Source of the DNA: Candidatus Krumholzibacteriota bacterium
GTDB taxonomy: Bacteria > Krumholzibacteriota > Krumholzibacteriia > JAJRXK01
Assembly (NCBI GenBank): GCA_963806035.1
Contig: CAWDWO010000020.1
Location: 31,657-95,656, forward strand
Direction: 5' to 3'
DNA: 64,000 bases
Positions within the stretch are counted from its first letter, which is position 1. Each line of letters opens with the position of its first letter. Shown piece after piece: positions 20,701 through 30,192 of the stretch. The translations under genes and the position numbers were made by a program. The notes beneath the pieces are model-generated. The model searched no databases. It was given only the letters and a program-made list of their open reading frames with translations, and was not told where the DNA came from.

Positions 20701-21339
20701 CGGCGCGGAAGGATTCAATGCGCGCCCGCGGTGTTGATGAATCAGGTCGTCGTCGATCATGGCGCGAATCTGTTCGTCGCTCAGGGTCTTGACCTTGTTC
20801 ACCTCGTGGGAGGTGCGGAAACCGTCGAAGAAGTGCAGGAAGGGAATGCGCGTCTTCAGGGTCGCGGACTGCGCGATGAGCGCCATGTCCTGGACTTCCT
20901 GAATTCCACCCGAAGCCAGAAACGCCCAACCCGTGCCACGCGCCGCCATGACGTCGCTGTGGTCACCGAAGATCGAAAGCGCATGCGTGGCGACGGAGCG
21001 CGCTGCGATGTGGAAGACCGTGGGAGTCAACTCGCCGGCGATCTTGAACATGTTGGGGATCATCAGGAGAAGTCCCTGCGACGCCGTGAAGGTCGTGGTC
21101 AGGGCCCCCGCCTGCAGAGATCCGTGGACCGCACCGGCGGCGCCACCTTCACTCTGCATCTCGATGACCTCGGGCACCTCGCCCCAGAGATTCTTCCGTC
21201 CCGCGGCGGACCACGCATCCGCATGCTCCCCCATGGGAGAGGCGGGCGTGATGGGATAGATAGCGATGACCTCGTTGGTCTTGTGCGCCACTCTTGCCGC
21301 AGCTTCGTTGCCGTCGATCACCGCGAAGCGATCAGCCAT
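17743..21339 (-). CDS. nifJ: Pyruvate:ferredoxin (flavodoxin) oxidoreductase
   Basis: DGNEAAA..AIYPITPASPM, EMQSEGGAAG, GLGSDGTVG, two ferredoxin motifs (CIQCALC, CTGCGVC), GACAGCGETPY, GGDGWAYDIG. ATG 21339 after GGAGGAGG. Confidence 0.97.
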   Translation of the reverse strand: MADRFAVIDGNEAAARVAHKTNEVIAIYPITPASPMGEHADAWSAAGRKNLWGEVPEVIEMQSEGGAAGAVHGSLQAGALTTTFTASQGLLLMIPNMFKIAGELTPTVFHIAARSVATHALSIFGDHSDVMAARGTGWAFLASGGIQEVQDMALIAQSATLKTRIPFLHFFDGFRTSHEVNKVKTLSDEQIRAMIDDDLIHQHRGRALNPSAPVLRGSAQNPDVFFQAREAINPFYDRCSELVQETMDEFAKLTGRQYQLFDYVGSPQAERVVVLMGSGVGAAEEAVRKLNEMGEPVGLLKVRLYRPFDMKALVKALPDTVKTLAVLDRTKEPGAPAEPLYLDVLTAVREEWQGEAPRVIGGRYGLSSKEFTPAMVKGVLDEAKKEDALRRFTVGIVDDVTHLSLDWDDDFVTEPDDVTRAVFYGLGSDGTVGASKNSVKIIGEETEMYAQGYFVYDSKKAGSTTVSHLRFGPRPIESTYLIRRANFVACHQFNFLEKMDVLETACEGATFLLNSPFSAEEVWDQIPAETQQGILDKKLKFYVVDGYKVAKEAGMGTRINTVMQTCFFAISGVLPKDDAIARIKEAIRKTYGKRGQAVLDRNFAAVDASLGALSEVKVPGKVNSTIRRHPGVPEIAPDFVQRVTRIMIEGKGDLLPVSAMPVDGTFPTGTTKWEKRSIAQEIPIWDPEICIQCALCSLVCPHAAIRMNAWDPKDRNGDRPEGFLSVPWKTKEHEGLEMAIQVAPDDCTGCGVCVDVCPAHSKKVAKHKAINMEPQRDHLERERANFDYFSSIEYLPRQDVKLDSIKGSQLGEPLFEFSGACAGCGETPYIKLATQLFGDRMIIANATGCSSIYGGNLPTTPYTTNAAGHGPAWNNSLFEDNAEFGIGMRLAVEAQTSFARSLVRKMSARLGGDLAGGLLEGEQKTEAGITAQRARVAELKEMLQGEEDLDARDLLAVADSLVRRSVWIVGGDGWAYDIGFGGLDHVIASGRNVNILVLDTEVYSNTGGQASKATPRAAVAKFAAGGKSLGKKDLGMIAMAYGNCYVAQVALGANPSHTIRVMKEAEAYDGPSLIIAYSHCIAHGIDMSTSMSHQKEGVKSGFISLYHYNPDEAHTEGSTPFKLDSKQPSIPFRDFALKEARFGMLERSKPERAKRLFAVAQSEIEQRYKYYKQLAGVERTLPADEEEDADRLSKEPKE

Positions 21340-21468
21340 TTCCGAGCCTCCTCCTTGCCCCGGTCTCGTGATTTGGACCGGGAATCGGTACCCACAGTGG
21401 TGACTGGGCTCAGAGGGAGCAAGGTTTGCCTTCATTCCGTTCTGGGCCCTGCGCACGGCGCCGAAAAC

Positions 21469-21530
21469 CGGACAAAATGTCCGAAAGTGCGCCTGGACAT
21501 CTTGTCAGAATCGCGGGAAAGCGCTAGCTT
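21469..21530. promoter_or_regulatory. Two GACA-N3-TGTC sites and an overlapping sigma70-type promoter for the response regulator
   Basis: CGGACAAAATGTCCG (21469-21483, perfect 6-3-6 palindrome) and TGGACATCTTGTCAG (21494-21508). TTGTCA (21502-21507) - 17 bp - TAGCTT (21525-21530) on the + strand. Confidence 0.65.
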
Positions 21531-21587
21531 CTTGCCGAGCTTCCCGCCCGCGCGTGAGCGAGCCCCTACAGCACGAGAAAGCCCTGA

Positions 21588-23027
21588 ATGAGCCCGGCCG
21601 AATCCGCTCCCAACCCCGTCGAAAACGCCGAAGCCGTGGGCCGGGGGACCATCCTCGTGCTGGACGACGAAGTGCAGATGTTGCACTCGCTCGACCGCAT
21701 GATCCGCCGCGAGGGCTACCAGGTGCTCACCGCGCGCGACGGGCGCGAGGGACTGGAAGTTTTGCGGCGCCACGACGGCGAAGTCGACGTGGCCCTGTGT
21801 GATCTGCGCATGGGCGAGATGGGCGGCATGGAGTTCGTCGAGGCCGCGCGCGCACTCTACCCCGATCTGGAAACGGTCATCATGACCGGCTACGGCACCA
21901 TCGAAGCCGCGGTGGAAGCCATGCGCGCCGGCGCCTACGACTTCTTGCCCAAACCCTTCAAACGCGTGCAGATCCTGAAGATTCTGTCGCGCGCCCTGGA
22001 GCGGCGCGCGCTGGTGGTGGAAAACCGCACCCTGCGCGCGCAGATCGAGAGCCACGGGGGCAAGAGCGTGGTGGGCAACAGCGAGGGCATGCGACGCGTG
22101 CTCGATCTGGTCAATCAAGTCGCGCGCAGCGAGGCCACGGTTCTCATCCTCGGCGAGAGCGGCACGGGCAAAGAGGTCATCGCGCGCGCCCTGCACGCGG
22201 CCAGCGATCGCGCGCGCAATCCCTTCATCAAGGTCAACTGCGCCTCGATTCCCGAAACCCTGCTCGAGGCGGAACTCTTCGGTTACGAGCGGGGCGCCTT
22301 CACCGGCGCGGTCAAACGCAAGCCGGGACGCTTCGAACTGGCCGAGGGCGGCACCCTCTTCCTGGACGAAATCGGCGACGTCTCCCTGGAGATGCAGGTG
22401 AAGCTGCTGCGAGTGCTGCAGGAGCGGGAGTACGAGCGCCTGGGGGGAACGGAGACCCTGAAGGCGGATCTGCGCATCCTGGCCGCCACCCACCAGAATC
22501 TGCAGCAGCTCATCAAAGAGGGGCGTTTTCGTGAGGACCTCTATTACCGCCTGGCGGTCATCCCCATCGAGATCCCTCCCCTGAGGGAGCGGCGCGAGGA
22601 CATCCCCCTCTTGGTCGCGCATTTCGTGCAACAGCTCAGCGAGAAGAACAAGAGCGCGACTCCCAGCGTGCTCCCCGAGGTCCTCGACCGGCTCAATTCC
22701 TACGATTGGCCGGGGAACGTGCGCGAGCTGGAAAACGTCATCGAGCGCGCCGTCGTCCTGTGTAAGGACCGCGTGATTCTGCCGCAGAATCTGCCGGCTC
22801 ACATCGCGCCGCGCCGCTTCGAGGGCAACGTCCTCAAGGTGCCCATGGGCACGCCCATGCGTGAAATCCAGGAGCAGGTCATCGACCAGACCCTGGCCAT
22901 CACCAACGGCAACAAGGAGAAGGCGGCCAAGATCCTCGGCGTGGCCGCGCGGACCATCTATCGCCACATGAAGGCCCGCGAAGAGCAGCCGGCCAATCCC
23001 TCTGGAGACGACCCTTCCGCCAAATAG
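21588..23027 (+). CDS. Sigma54-dependent response regulator (NtrC/AtoC family)
   Basis: Receiver (VLDDE, CDLRM, FLPKPF), GESGTGKE, GAFTGA, TLFLDEIG, WPGNVRELEN, Fis-type HTH. Confidence 0.95.
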   Translation: MSPAESAPNPVENAEAVGRGTILVLDDEVQMLHSLDRMIRREGYQVLTARDGREGLEVLRRHDGEVDVALCDLRMGEMGGMEFVEAARALYPDLETVIMTGYGTIEAAVEAMRAGAYDFLPKPFKRVQILKILSRALERRALVVENRTLRAQIESHGGKSVVGNSEGMRRVLDLVNQVARSEATVLILGESGTGKEVIARALHAASDRARNPFIKVNCASIPETLLEAELFGYERGAFTGAVKRKPGRFELAEGGTLFLDEIGDVSLEMQVKLLRVLQEREYERLGGTETLKADLRILAATHQNLQQLIKEGRFREDLYYRLAVIPIEIPPLRERREDIPLLVAHFVQQLSEKNKSATPSVLPEVLDRLNSYDWPGNVRELENVIERAVVLCKDRVILPQNLPAHIAPRRFEGNVLKVPMGTPMREIQEQVIDQTLAITNGNKEKAAKILGVAARTIYRHMKAREEQPANPSGDDPSAK

Positions 23028-23072
23028 CGCCGCAAGGCCGCAAAACGCCCCAGCGTGGGGATACGGGTCAAT

Positions 23073-23087
23073 TTGACAAAGTGTCCG
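23073..23087. promoter_or_regulatory. GACA-N3-TGTC site upstream of the vor-type operon
   Basis: TTGACAAAGTGTCCG. Confidence 0.55.
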
Positions 23088-23246
23088 GAATGGGCCGTGG
23101 AGACAGCGGATCCTTGGATCTGGAAATCCGAGTGACTAGTTTTCCTGCGTCGCGGGGCCCGGACCAAGCGCCCTCGCCCCGCCCGAGATCTCGTTCCCTG
23201 TCTGGATTCAGGGATCCCCATCGATCCAGCCCAAAGGAGCCCCGCA

Positions 23247-23480
23247 ATGAGCACCAAGAGCGTTGAGGATCGAGGCAAATGCGAAGTCATTCCCGACCTC
23301 TGCAAGGGATGCGGGCTCTGCATTTCCATGTGTCCCGAAACCTGTATCGTTCGTGACGAATCACTGAATCGACGGGGGTATCGCCCCGCCGTTTATGAAG
23401 GACATGGCTGTACCGGCTGTGGGATCTGTTTTTCGACCTGTCCCGAGCCCAGCGCCATCATCGTAACTCGCTTCCGCTAG
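23247..23480 (+). CDS. 2x[4Fe-4S] ferredoxin-like delta subunit of 2-oxoacid oxidoreductase
   Basis: [12 protein letters not shown] and [22 protein letters not shown]. Confidence 0.9.
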   Translation: MSTKSVEDRGKCEVIPDLCKGCGLCISMCPETCIVRDESLNRRGYRPAVYEGHGCTGCGICFSTCPEPSAIIVTRFR

Positions 23481-23493
23481 GGGGGAGGCCGCA

Positions 23494-24669
23494 ATGCCAG
23501 TGAACGAAAAGGCCTTCCGCAGTGCCGTGCCTACCTGGGGTTCGCCAGAGGAATTGGATCTGCGAGGCCGCAAGACCAAGGCCGCCGAGTCCACCGAGGG
23601 CGCGACGGTGCTCATGAAGGGTAACGAAGCCGTGATCCACGGAGCCCTTCTGGCCGGATGCCGGGGTTTCTTCGGCTACCCGATCACCCCCGCCAGCGAG
23701 ATCGCCCACACCGCGGCCGCGATGTTCCCCCTGGCCGGCGGAGTCTTCCTGCAGGCCGAGAGCGAGGTTGCCGCCATTCAGATGGTGTACGGCGCTTCCT
23801 CTGCCGGCATCCGCACCATGACCGCCAGCAGCAGTCCCGGCATCAGCCTCAAGCAAGAGGGGATCTCCTACGCTGCGGGAAGTGAATTGCCCCTGGTGGT
23901 GGTCGACATCATGCGCGGCGGACCCGGGCTGGGAAACATCGCGCCGGAGCAGGGTGACTATTTCCAGATGGTCAAGGGCGGCGGCCACGGTTGCTACAAG
24001 ATGGTGACCCTGGCGCCCAACAGCGCCCAGGAGATGTGTGATCTCACGATGGAGGCCTTCGAGATCGCCGATCGTTACCGCAATCCGGCCGTGGTTCTGG
24101 CTGACGGCCTGGTGGGGCAGATGAAGGAGCCAGTGCGCCTCCCGCGCGCGGTACGCGAACTACCCGACAAGGACGACTGGTGCGTGGCGGGGACCGCGAA
24201 GACCCGGCCCAATCTCATCTGCTCGATCAAGCTGGTGCCCGAGGAGCTGGAGGAGCACGTTCGCCATCTCGATCGCAAGTACCAGCGCATGGAAAAGGAA
24301 GAGCTGCGCTGGGAAGAGTACCGCACCGAGGACGCCGAGCTGATCTACGTCGGTTATGGCGTGGTGAGCCGAATTTTGCAGGGCGCGGTGGACGAGGCCC
24401 GTGAGCGCGGGATCAAGGCCGGGCTTCTGCGCCCGATCAGTCTGTGGCCCTTCCCCAGCGAGGCCCTGCGCGCGGTCTGCGCCAAGGCCAAGCTCTGTCT
24501 GACGGTCGAGCTTTCCACCGGACAGATGGTGGAGGATGTACGCCTCGCGGTAAGCGACCTGCTCCCGGTTCATTTCTACGGGAGAGCCGGCGGCGTGCTT
24601 CCTTCGACCGAAGAGCTCATGGAGGAAACGACCAACATTTGGACATCGCGTGTGGGGGTGACGGCATGA
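23494..24669 (+). CDS. vorB: 2-oxoacid:ferredoxin oxidoreductase alpha subunit (2-oxoisovalerate/VorB type)
   Basis: [54 protein letters not shown]. Confidence 0.88.
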   Translation: MPVNEKAFRSAVPTWGSPEELDLRGRKTKAAESTEGATVLMKGNEAVIHGALLAGCRGFFGYPITPASEIAHTAAAMFPLAGGVFLQAESEVAAIQMVYGASSAGIRTMTASSSPGISLKQEGISYAAGSELPLVVVDIMRGGPGLGNIAPEQGDYFQMVKGGGHGCYKMVTLAPNSAQEMCDLTMEAFEIADRYRNPAVVLADGLVGQMKEPVRLPRAVRELPDKDDWCVAGTAKTRPNLICSIKLVPEELEEHVRHLDRKYQRMEKEELRWEEYRTEDAELIYVGYGVVSRILQGAVDEARERGIKAGLLRPISLWPFPSEALRAVCAKAKLCLTVELSTGQMVEDVRLAVSDLLPVHFYGRAGGVLPSTEELMEETTNIWTSRVGVTA

Positions 24670-26108
24670 AGACCATCGAGAGGCCACAATCCATTCTGGA
24701 GACCTTCCCCCGCAAGGGCGGCGCGGAACCCGACGCGACTCACTACTGTCCGGGTTGCGGACACGGAATCGTCCACAAGCTCCTCGGCGAGTGTATCGAC
24801 GAGCTTCAGATCAAGGACGACACCGTACTCATCAGCCCGGTGGGATGCTCCGTCTTCGCCTATTACTACTTCGACACGGGGAACGTGCAGGCGGCGCACG
24901 GACGCGCGCCGGCCGTGGGCACCGGGATCAAACGGGCGCGGCCCAAGAGCATCGTCATCTCCTACCAGGGCGACGGCGACCTGGCGGCGATCGGCGGCAA
25001 CAACATTCTGCAGGCCGCAAACCGGGGCGAGAACCTCACCGTCATCTTCATCAACAATGCCATTTACGGCATGACCGGAGGGCAACTCGCGCCCACGTCC
25101 ATTCTGGGAATGCACACCGCGACCACCCCGCGGGGCCGCGAGTTCAGCGACTACGGCAGCCCCATGAAAGTGGCCGAACTCTTGGCCAACCTGGATGGTG
25201 TGGCGTTCTCGGCGCGGCACGCGCTGACCACGCCGGCGAAGATCAACCGCACCAAGAAAGCCATCAAGAAGGCGCTGCAGTACCAAATGGAGAACCGCGG
25301 TTTCTCGATCGTGGAAATCCTCAGTCAGTGCCCCACCGGCTGGAAGATCGACCCGGTGGAATCTCTGAACTGGATCGAGGAGAACATGGTTCCCGCGTTC
25401 CCCTTGGGCACCTACAAGGACAGCCCGCACGACCGCGCGACTCCTCCGGAGCCGGCGAACTACGACCCCGATCTGGTGGAACGTGTGGTGCTGCGGAGCG
25501 CACAGAACTCCAAGAGCGCGGCTCGTCTGAAGCAGGCTCCCTGGACCGCGGCCTTCAAGGGTGAGGGGGCCAAGAAGGACACCATCCGCATGAAGGTGGC
25601 CGGTTTTGGTGGGCAGGGCGTCCTCATGCTGGGCGAGCTCGCGGCCAAGGCGGGCATGCTCGAGGGCGTCAACGTGACCTGGTTGCCCAGTTACGGGCCC
25701 GAAATGCGCGGTGGTACCGCCAACTGCTCGGTGGTGGCCTCGACACGCGAAATCGGCAATCCCCTGGTGAACGCCTCCGAGGTGCTGGTCGCCATGAACC
25801 GTCCCTCCCTGGAGAAATTCGAGAAGGACGTTCAGCCCGGCGGGGTGATCTTCTACGACAGCAGCCTCATCTCCACCGCGCCCACGCGTGATGACGTGGA
25901 GGTCTACCCGGTGCCGGCGACCGAGATCGCCGACTCCTTGGGGATGGGAAGAGTCGCCAACGTCGTGCTCTTGGGTGCGATGCACAAAGTGCTGGGCTTC
26001 CCCGCGCAGGAGAAGATCCAGGAGACCATCAAGGCCATCAGCAAGAACGAGAAGATTCTCTCGATCAACCAGAAGGCCTTCCAGGCGGGATTGGATTCGG
26101 TTCAGTAG
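24666..26108 (+). CDS. 2-oxoacid:ferredoxin oxidoreductase beta-gamma fusion subunit
   Basis: [37 protein letters not shown]; gamma part [27 protein letters not shown] overlap with the alpha subunit. Confidence 0.92.
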   Translation: MKTIERPQSILETFPRKGGAEPDATHYCPGCGHGIVHKLLGECIDELQIKDDTVLISPVGCSVFAYYYFDTGNVQAAHGRAPAVGTGIKRARPKSIVISYQGDGDLAAIGGNNILQAANRGENLTVIFINNAIYGMTGGQLAPTSILGMHTATTPRGREFSDYGSPMKVAELLANLDGVAFSARHALTTPAKINRTKKAIKKALQYQMENRGFSIVEILSQCPTGWKIDPVESLNWIEENMVPAFPLGTYKDSPHDRATPPEPANYDPDLVERVVLRSAQNSKSAARLKQAPWTAAFKGEGAKKDTIRMKVAGFGGQGVLMLGELAAKAGMLEGVNVTWLPSYGPEMRGGTANCSVVASTREIGNPLVNASEVLVAMNRPSLEKFEKDVQPGGVIFYDSSLISTAPTRDDVEVYPVPATEIADSLGMGRVANVVLLGAMHKVLGFPAQEKIQETIKAISKNEKILSINQKAFQAGLDSVQ

Positions 26109-27610
26109 GACTCGGGTCCCAGCCTGCTCGGTGGGCCTCCGGGCTCTCTCACGGAAGCATCGCCTTCCAAGAGCGCCGGCAACCACACGGTGAAGCTGAC
26201 GCCCCTCTCGGGCAGGCTCTTGACCGTGATACTCCCCCCGTGTTCCTCCACGAGGGTCTTGCAGACCGAGAGCCCGAGTCCCGTGCCGTTGACCTTGGTC
26301 GTGAAGAAGGGGTCGAAGAGCTGGGAGAGGTGCGCCGGAGGAATGCCGGGGCCATCGTCTTCCACCACCACCTCGAGTCCGGTGCGTTCGATTCCGTCAG
26401 GGCCGATGGGACAACTCTGCCGAGCGGTCACCCATACCGTACCTCCGGACTCCACGGCCTGAAGGGCATTCATGCAGAGGTTCAAGATGACCTGCTCCAG
26501 CTGGTTCGCATCACCTAGAATGGGAGCGAGCTGGGAATCGATGTTCACCTCGATCTTCGTTCCCTGTTTTTGCGAGGCGTGATGGATCAGGCGCTCGACT
26601 CGGGAAAGCACGTTTTTGAGTTCCAGGGGTTCCATCTCGGGCTTTTCGGGGCGAGAAAAGCTGAGGAGTTCCCTCACGAGCCCGCCGATCCGGTCGGTCT
26701 CGCGCACGATGGTCTCCAGTTCTTGCCGCCGCGTATCGTCGTCCTCCAGATCGAGCATCAAGAACTCGGCGGTGTTGGAGATGACTCCGAGTGGAGTTCC
26801 GATCTCGTGCGCCAGCGCGGCCGCCATGTTGCCCACCGCGGTCATGCGCTCGGTGAATGCCATCTTCTCTTCGGCCAACTTGCGGGCCGTGATGTCGCGC
26901 ACCACGAAGCTGTAGCCGTTGGGCCGCCCACTCCCGTCGAAGAGCGGGGTGCGCGAAACGTCGATCCACAGCAGTGTTCCCGCGCGCGTTTCGACTTCGA
27001 TTTCACGATTGGCCAGAGCGAGAAGGGGATCGCTCGGAACGAAGACCTCTTCCGCAACGGCCCAGGCGTTCTCACTGAAAAGCCGTTCGATGGGCTCGCC
27101 CACCGCTTCGCTCACGTCCCATCCGAAGATCTTCTCCGCGCCCCGATTCCAGAAGCGCACGCTGTGTACGCGGTCCAGGGCGATGACTCCATCGTTCCCG
27201 TTGCGGATGGCCGAAAGCAAAAAGCGCTCGCGCCAGCTGTCGAGCTGTCCCAGTTCCTCGCTGGGCAGAGGCAGGATCAAGGTGACCACCATGTCGCCTG
27301 CTTCGCCCAGAGGAGCAACCACCACGCGGAAATAGGAGAGGGTGCCGTCTTCGGCTTGCGCGCTGCGCAGGGTTTCGGCGACCCTTCCCGAGCGAAGCAC
27401 CAAAGGCGGCAGGCAGTCTTCGCAGCGCCGGTCCTTGGGAACGTAGCCGGTGAAGCAGTGCTTTCCCTGCAGTCCGGGGAAGTTCTCGATATGCTCTTTG
27501 AAGTAGCGATTGCCCCAGAGCAGAGTGAGGCGCTCGTCGAGAATGGTGATTCCGGCGCGCACGGAGTCGAAGAAAGGCAGAGACTCGCGGATGTCATCCA
27601 AGCTGGACAT
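26102..27610 (-). CDS. Cytoplasmic PAS-PAS sensor histidine kinase
   Basis: Two PAS domains (WNRGAEKIFGW), H-box LAHEIGTPL, QVILNLCMNA, DDGPGI, FDPFFTTK, GTGLGL; no TM segment. ATG 27610. Confidence 0.9.
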   Translation of the reverse strand: MSSLDDIRESLPFFDSVRAGITILDERLTLLWGNRYFKEHIENFPGLQGKHCFTGYVPKDRRCEDCLPPLVLRSGRVAETLRSAQAEDGTLSYFRVVVAPLGEAGDMVVTLILPLPSEELGQLDSWRERFLLSAIRNGNDGVIALDRVHSVRFWNRGAEKIFGWDVSEAVGEPIERLFSENAWAVAEEVFVPSDPLLALANREIEVETRAGTLLWIDVSRTPLFDGSGRPNGYSFVVRDITARKLAEEKMAFTERMTAVGNMAAALAHEIGTPLGVISNTAEFLMLDLEDDDTRRQELETIVRETDRIGGLVRELLSFSRPEKPEMEPLELKNVLSRVERLIHHASQKQGTKIEVNIDSQLAPILGDANQLEQVILNLCMNALQAVESGGTVWVTARQSCPIGPDGIERTGLEVVVEDDGPGIPPAHLSQLFDPFFTTKVNGTGLGLSVCKTLVEEHGGSITVKSLPERGVSFTVWLPALLEGDASVREPGGPPSRLGPESY

Positions 27611-27667
27611 GGAACATAGCTTCGAGAAAGGAGTGCCTGGCGTCAAGTCGCCTGGCTGAGGGACGGC

Positions 27668-29947
27668 ATGATCGAGCGCGACCGCCAACGCTGGAAATAC
27701 GCGGTGGAGCTGGAACCGGAAATCGAGGATTTCGGGGCCCACGTCCTCCGTCTGGCGCGAGAGCTTCATCTCGGCGGTCACATGCGGCGCAGCGATACCG
27801 CGCTCCAACTCGAGGTGGAAGGCGAGGCCGCCGGCCTGCAGAGCTTCGACGAACGACTGAAGCGAGTGCTTTCGTCCCCCAGCATCCGCTGGGACAATTC
27901 GTTGACGAAGGACCTGGCTTTACGCGGCGAATCCGAGTTCGAAATTGAAGTCCTGGATGTGGAGGGCATGTATTCCGCGCCCTTCTCCCCCGACCGCGCC
28001 ATTTGTAGCGAGTGCCTCAAGGAGATCTTCGACCCGCACGATCGCCGCCACCGTTACCCCTTCACTTCCTGTGGAGAGTGCGGGCCCCGCTACAGCGTCA
28101 CCCGCAAGCCGCCATACACGCGCGACACGAGCTCGATGGCGCCCTTTCCCCTGTGCGAAAACTGCCGGCGCGAGTACGAAGACCCCTCGGGGAGGCGCTA
28201 CCACGCCGCGCTCATCTCTTGCCCGGACTGCGGTCCATGCTATTGGATCGAGCCCACTCCCAAATCGGTGTCGGCCGCCGACGTGGTCTACGAGGCAGTG
28301 GAGCTGCTGAAGAAGGGGCACATTCTGGCCATCAAGGGAACCGGTGGCTTTCATCTGGCCTGTCTCGCGGATGACGAGGCTCTGGTGCAGAGACTGCGCC
28401 GGCGCATCCAGCGCCGCACCAAGCCGATGGCGGTGATGGTGCCGGACCTGGATTGGGCCCGGCGCGTGTGTCATCTCAACCCGCTGGCGCGTGGCAAACT
28501 CAAGGATCCCTCGGCTCCCATCGTGCTCGCCCCCAAGAAACATCCCGAAGTCCTGGCGCCCTCGATCGCGCCCGACTCACCGGACTACGGATTGACCCTG
28601 CCGAGCACTCCCTTCCGTCAGCTGTTGATGAACACCTTGGCGCAGCCGCTCGTGGTGACCGCGGCGAAATTCGCGGGGGAGACGATCGTTGCCAGCAACG
28701 AGGAAGCGCGCACGCGCCTGCGCGACGTGGCCGACTACATGGTCCTGCACGACCGGGAAATCATGATGCCCTGCGAGGACACGGTCATGCGGGTCCACGG
28801 GGACGACCTGGTGACGACCCGCCGTTCCTGGGGACAGGCGCCGCGTCCTCTGATCTTGGATCACGAAATTCCCCCCATCCTCGCCCTCGGCGGCATTCAC
28901 CGCGGCACCCTGGCCCTGGGTTTCGACCGCTGGATCGTCCTCAGCCAGCATCTCGGCGAGTTGGATTCACCCGCCGTGGAGATCCTCTACCGGCAGACCC
29001 TGGCGCACCTCAGTCGCCTGCACGACTTCAAAGCCAGCGCCCTGGCCTACGATCTGCACCCCGGGAGTCTGGGACGACGCCTGTGCAAGGAGATGGAGTT
29101 GCCTGCGATCGGAGTGCAGCACCACCATGCGCACATCGCCGGAGTGATGGCCGAACACAACCTGAAGGGGCCCGTTCTGGGGCTGGCCCTCGATCAAGCC
29201 GGCTGGGGAGAGGACGGAAGCTTCTGGGGCAGTGAGTTCTTGCTCGGGGACGCAAACAAGGTCGAGCGCATCGATCACCTCCCCTCCTTCCCCTTGCCCG
29301 GGGGCATGACCGCCTTCACGCATCCCTGGCGCAGCGCGGCCGGCTTGTTGTGGGAGCTCAAGGGTGAAGATACCGCCAAGATCTGGCTCGAGAGTTCGGC
29401 GCCGGATCCGGTGGCGGCGGAGACCACCCTCTCTCTCCTCCGCGAGAACCTCAATTGCCCGCGGGCCTGCGGCCTGGGTGCGGTGTACGACGCGCTGGCC
29501 GCCATTCTGGGCATCTCGAGCAACCAGAGTTTCGACGGACAGGCCCCCATGTCCCTGGAGCGGCTGGCCGGCGTCCCCCACGAGATCGACGAGAGCGAGC
29601 TTCCCGATCCGGATGCCAGTGCCGAAGAAACCCTGCGCGCCATCCTGGACCATCTTCTACTGCGGCCCTTCAGCAACCGGCAACTGGTTCAGGCGGGGGC
29701 CTGGACTCAGGCTGCGGTGGCCCGCTGGGTCGCCCAGCGGGCGGTGCGCCTGGCCCGCGAGCACCAAATCGACACGGTGGTGGCCAGCGGGGGCTGTCTG
29801 GTCAATGGCTGGATGCGCCACGAATTGCGCACCCGCCTGGCCCGCGCCCGGCTGCGATTCTTCACCAATGCCTCGATTCCGCCCAACGACGGGGGGCTAC
29901 CGGTGGGACAAATTCAGGTGGCCGCCGCCCGTTTGCAGCAGGGCTGA
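27668..29947 (+). CDS. hypF: HypF-like carbamoyltransferase, divergent
   Basis: Zinc fingers CSEC...YPFTSCGECGPRYS and CENC...CPDCGP, AIKGTGGFHLAC, SQHLGEL, YDLHP, QHHHAH, PPNDGG..GQ. Several canonical motifs are altered. Confidence 0.8.
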   Translation: MIERDRQRWKYAVELEPEIEDFGAHVLRLARELHLGGHMRRSDTALQLEVEGEAAGLQSFDERLKRVLSSPSIRWDNSLTKDLALRGESEFEIEVLDVEGMYSAPFSPDRAICSECLKEIFDPHDRRHRYPFTSCGECGPRYSVTRKPPYTRDTSSMAPFPLCENCRREYEDPSGRRYHAALISCPDCGPCYWIEPTPKSVSAADVVYEAVELLKKGHILAIKGTGGFHLACLADDEALVQRLRRRIQRRTKPMAVMVPDLDWARRVCHLNPLARGKLKDPSAPIVLAPKKHPEVLAPSIAPDSPDYGLTLPSTPFRQLLMNTLAQPLVVTAAKFAGETIVASNEEARTRLRDVADYMVLHDREIMMPCEDTVMRVHGDDLVTTRRSWGQAPRPLILDHEIPPILALGGIHRGTLALGFDRWIVLSQHLGELDSPAVEILYRQTLAHLSRLHDFKASALAYDLHPGSLGRRLCKEMELPAIGVQHHHAHIAGVMAEHNLKGPVLGLALDQAGWGEDGSFWGSEFLLGDANKVERIDHLPSFPLPGGMTAFTHPWRSAAGLLWELKGEDTAKIWLESSAPDPVAAETTLSLLRENLNCPRACGLGAVYDALAAILGISSNQSFDGQAPMSLERLAGVPHEIDESELPDPDASAEETLRAILDHLLLRPFSNRQLVQAGAWTQAAVARWVAQRAVRLAREHQIDTVVASGGCLVNGWMRHELRTRLARARLRFFTNASIPPNDGGLPVGQIQVAAARLQQG

Positions 29948-30044
29948 GGGAACGTTTTACGCCCCCGAGCATTTGATGGAGTATGAGAGCCGCTTCTATG
30001 CTAGGGTCGGCGGATGGAGGAAAGCGGTGGCGAGGCTTGGATTA

Positions 30045-30072
30045 TCACGATCAAACGATCGTTTCCTCGTGA
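30045..30072. promoter_or_regulatory. 28-bp imperfect palindrome upstream of the cytochrome operon
   Basis: TCACGATCAAACGA|TCGTTTCCTCGTGA, 12 of 14 positions symmetric. Confidence 0.4.
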
Positions 30073-30192
30073 AAAAGCTGGGCCCCGGAGGCATTCCTCC
30101 TTGTCTCAGTCTGGATGGCTGACCACTATAGCTGCGGAAACCCATGAACGGTCGATCACTCGATCGATCCCCGAGAGGCTGGAGAGATAACG

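Noticed and set aside
21400..21435. AAGGCAAACC in the nifJ leader, reminiscent of a c-di-GMP-I riboswitch
   Set aside because: The GNRA-capped stem and GACGCAAA segment do not follow.
18385..21591. 1068-aa + strand ORF and other long antisense ORFs (e.g. 4565..6550, 30683..32650, 21432..22967)
   Set aside because: Shadow frames of well-supported genes in high-GC DNA; no recognisable motifs.
23154..23169. GG-N10-GC as a sigma54 promoter for the vor-type operon
   Set aside because: Poor match outside the dinucleotides; such matches are frequent by chance at this GC content.
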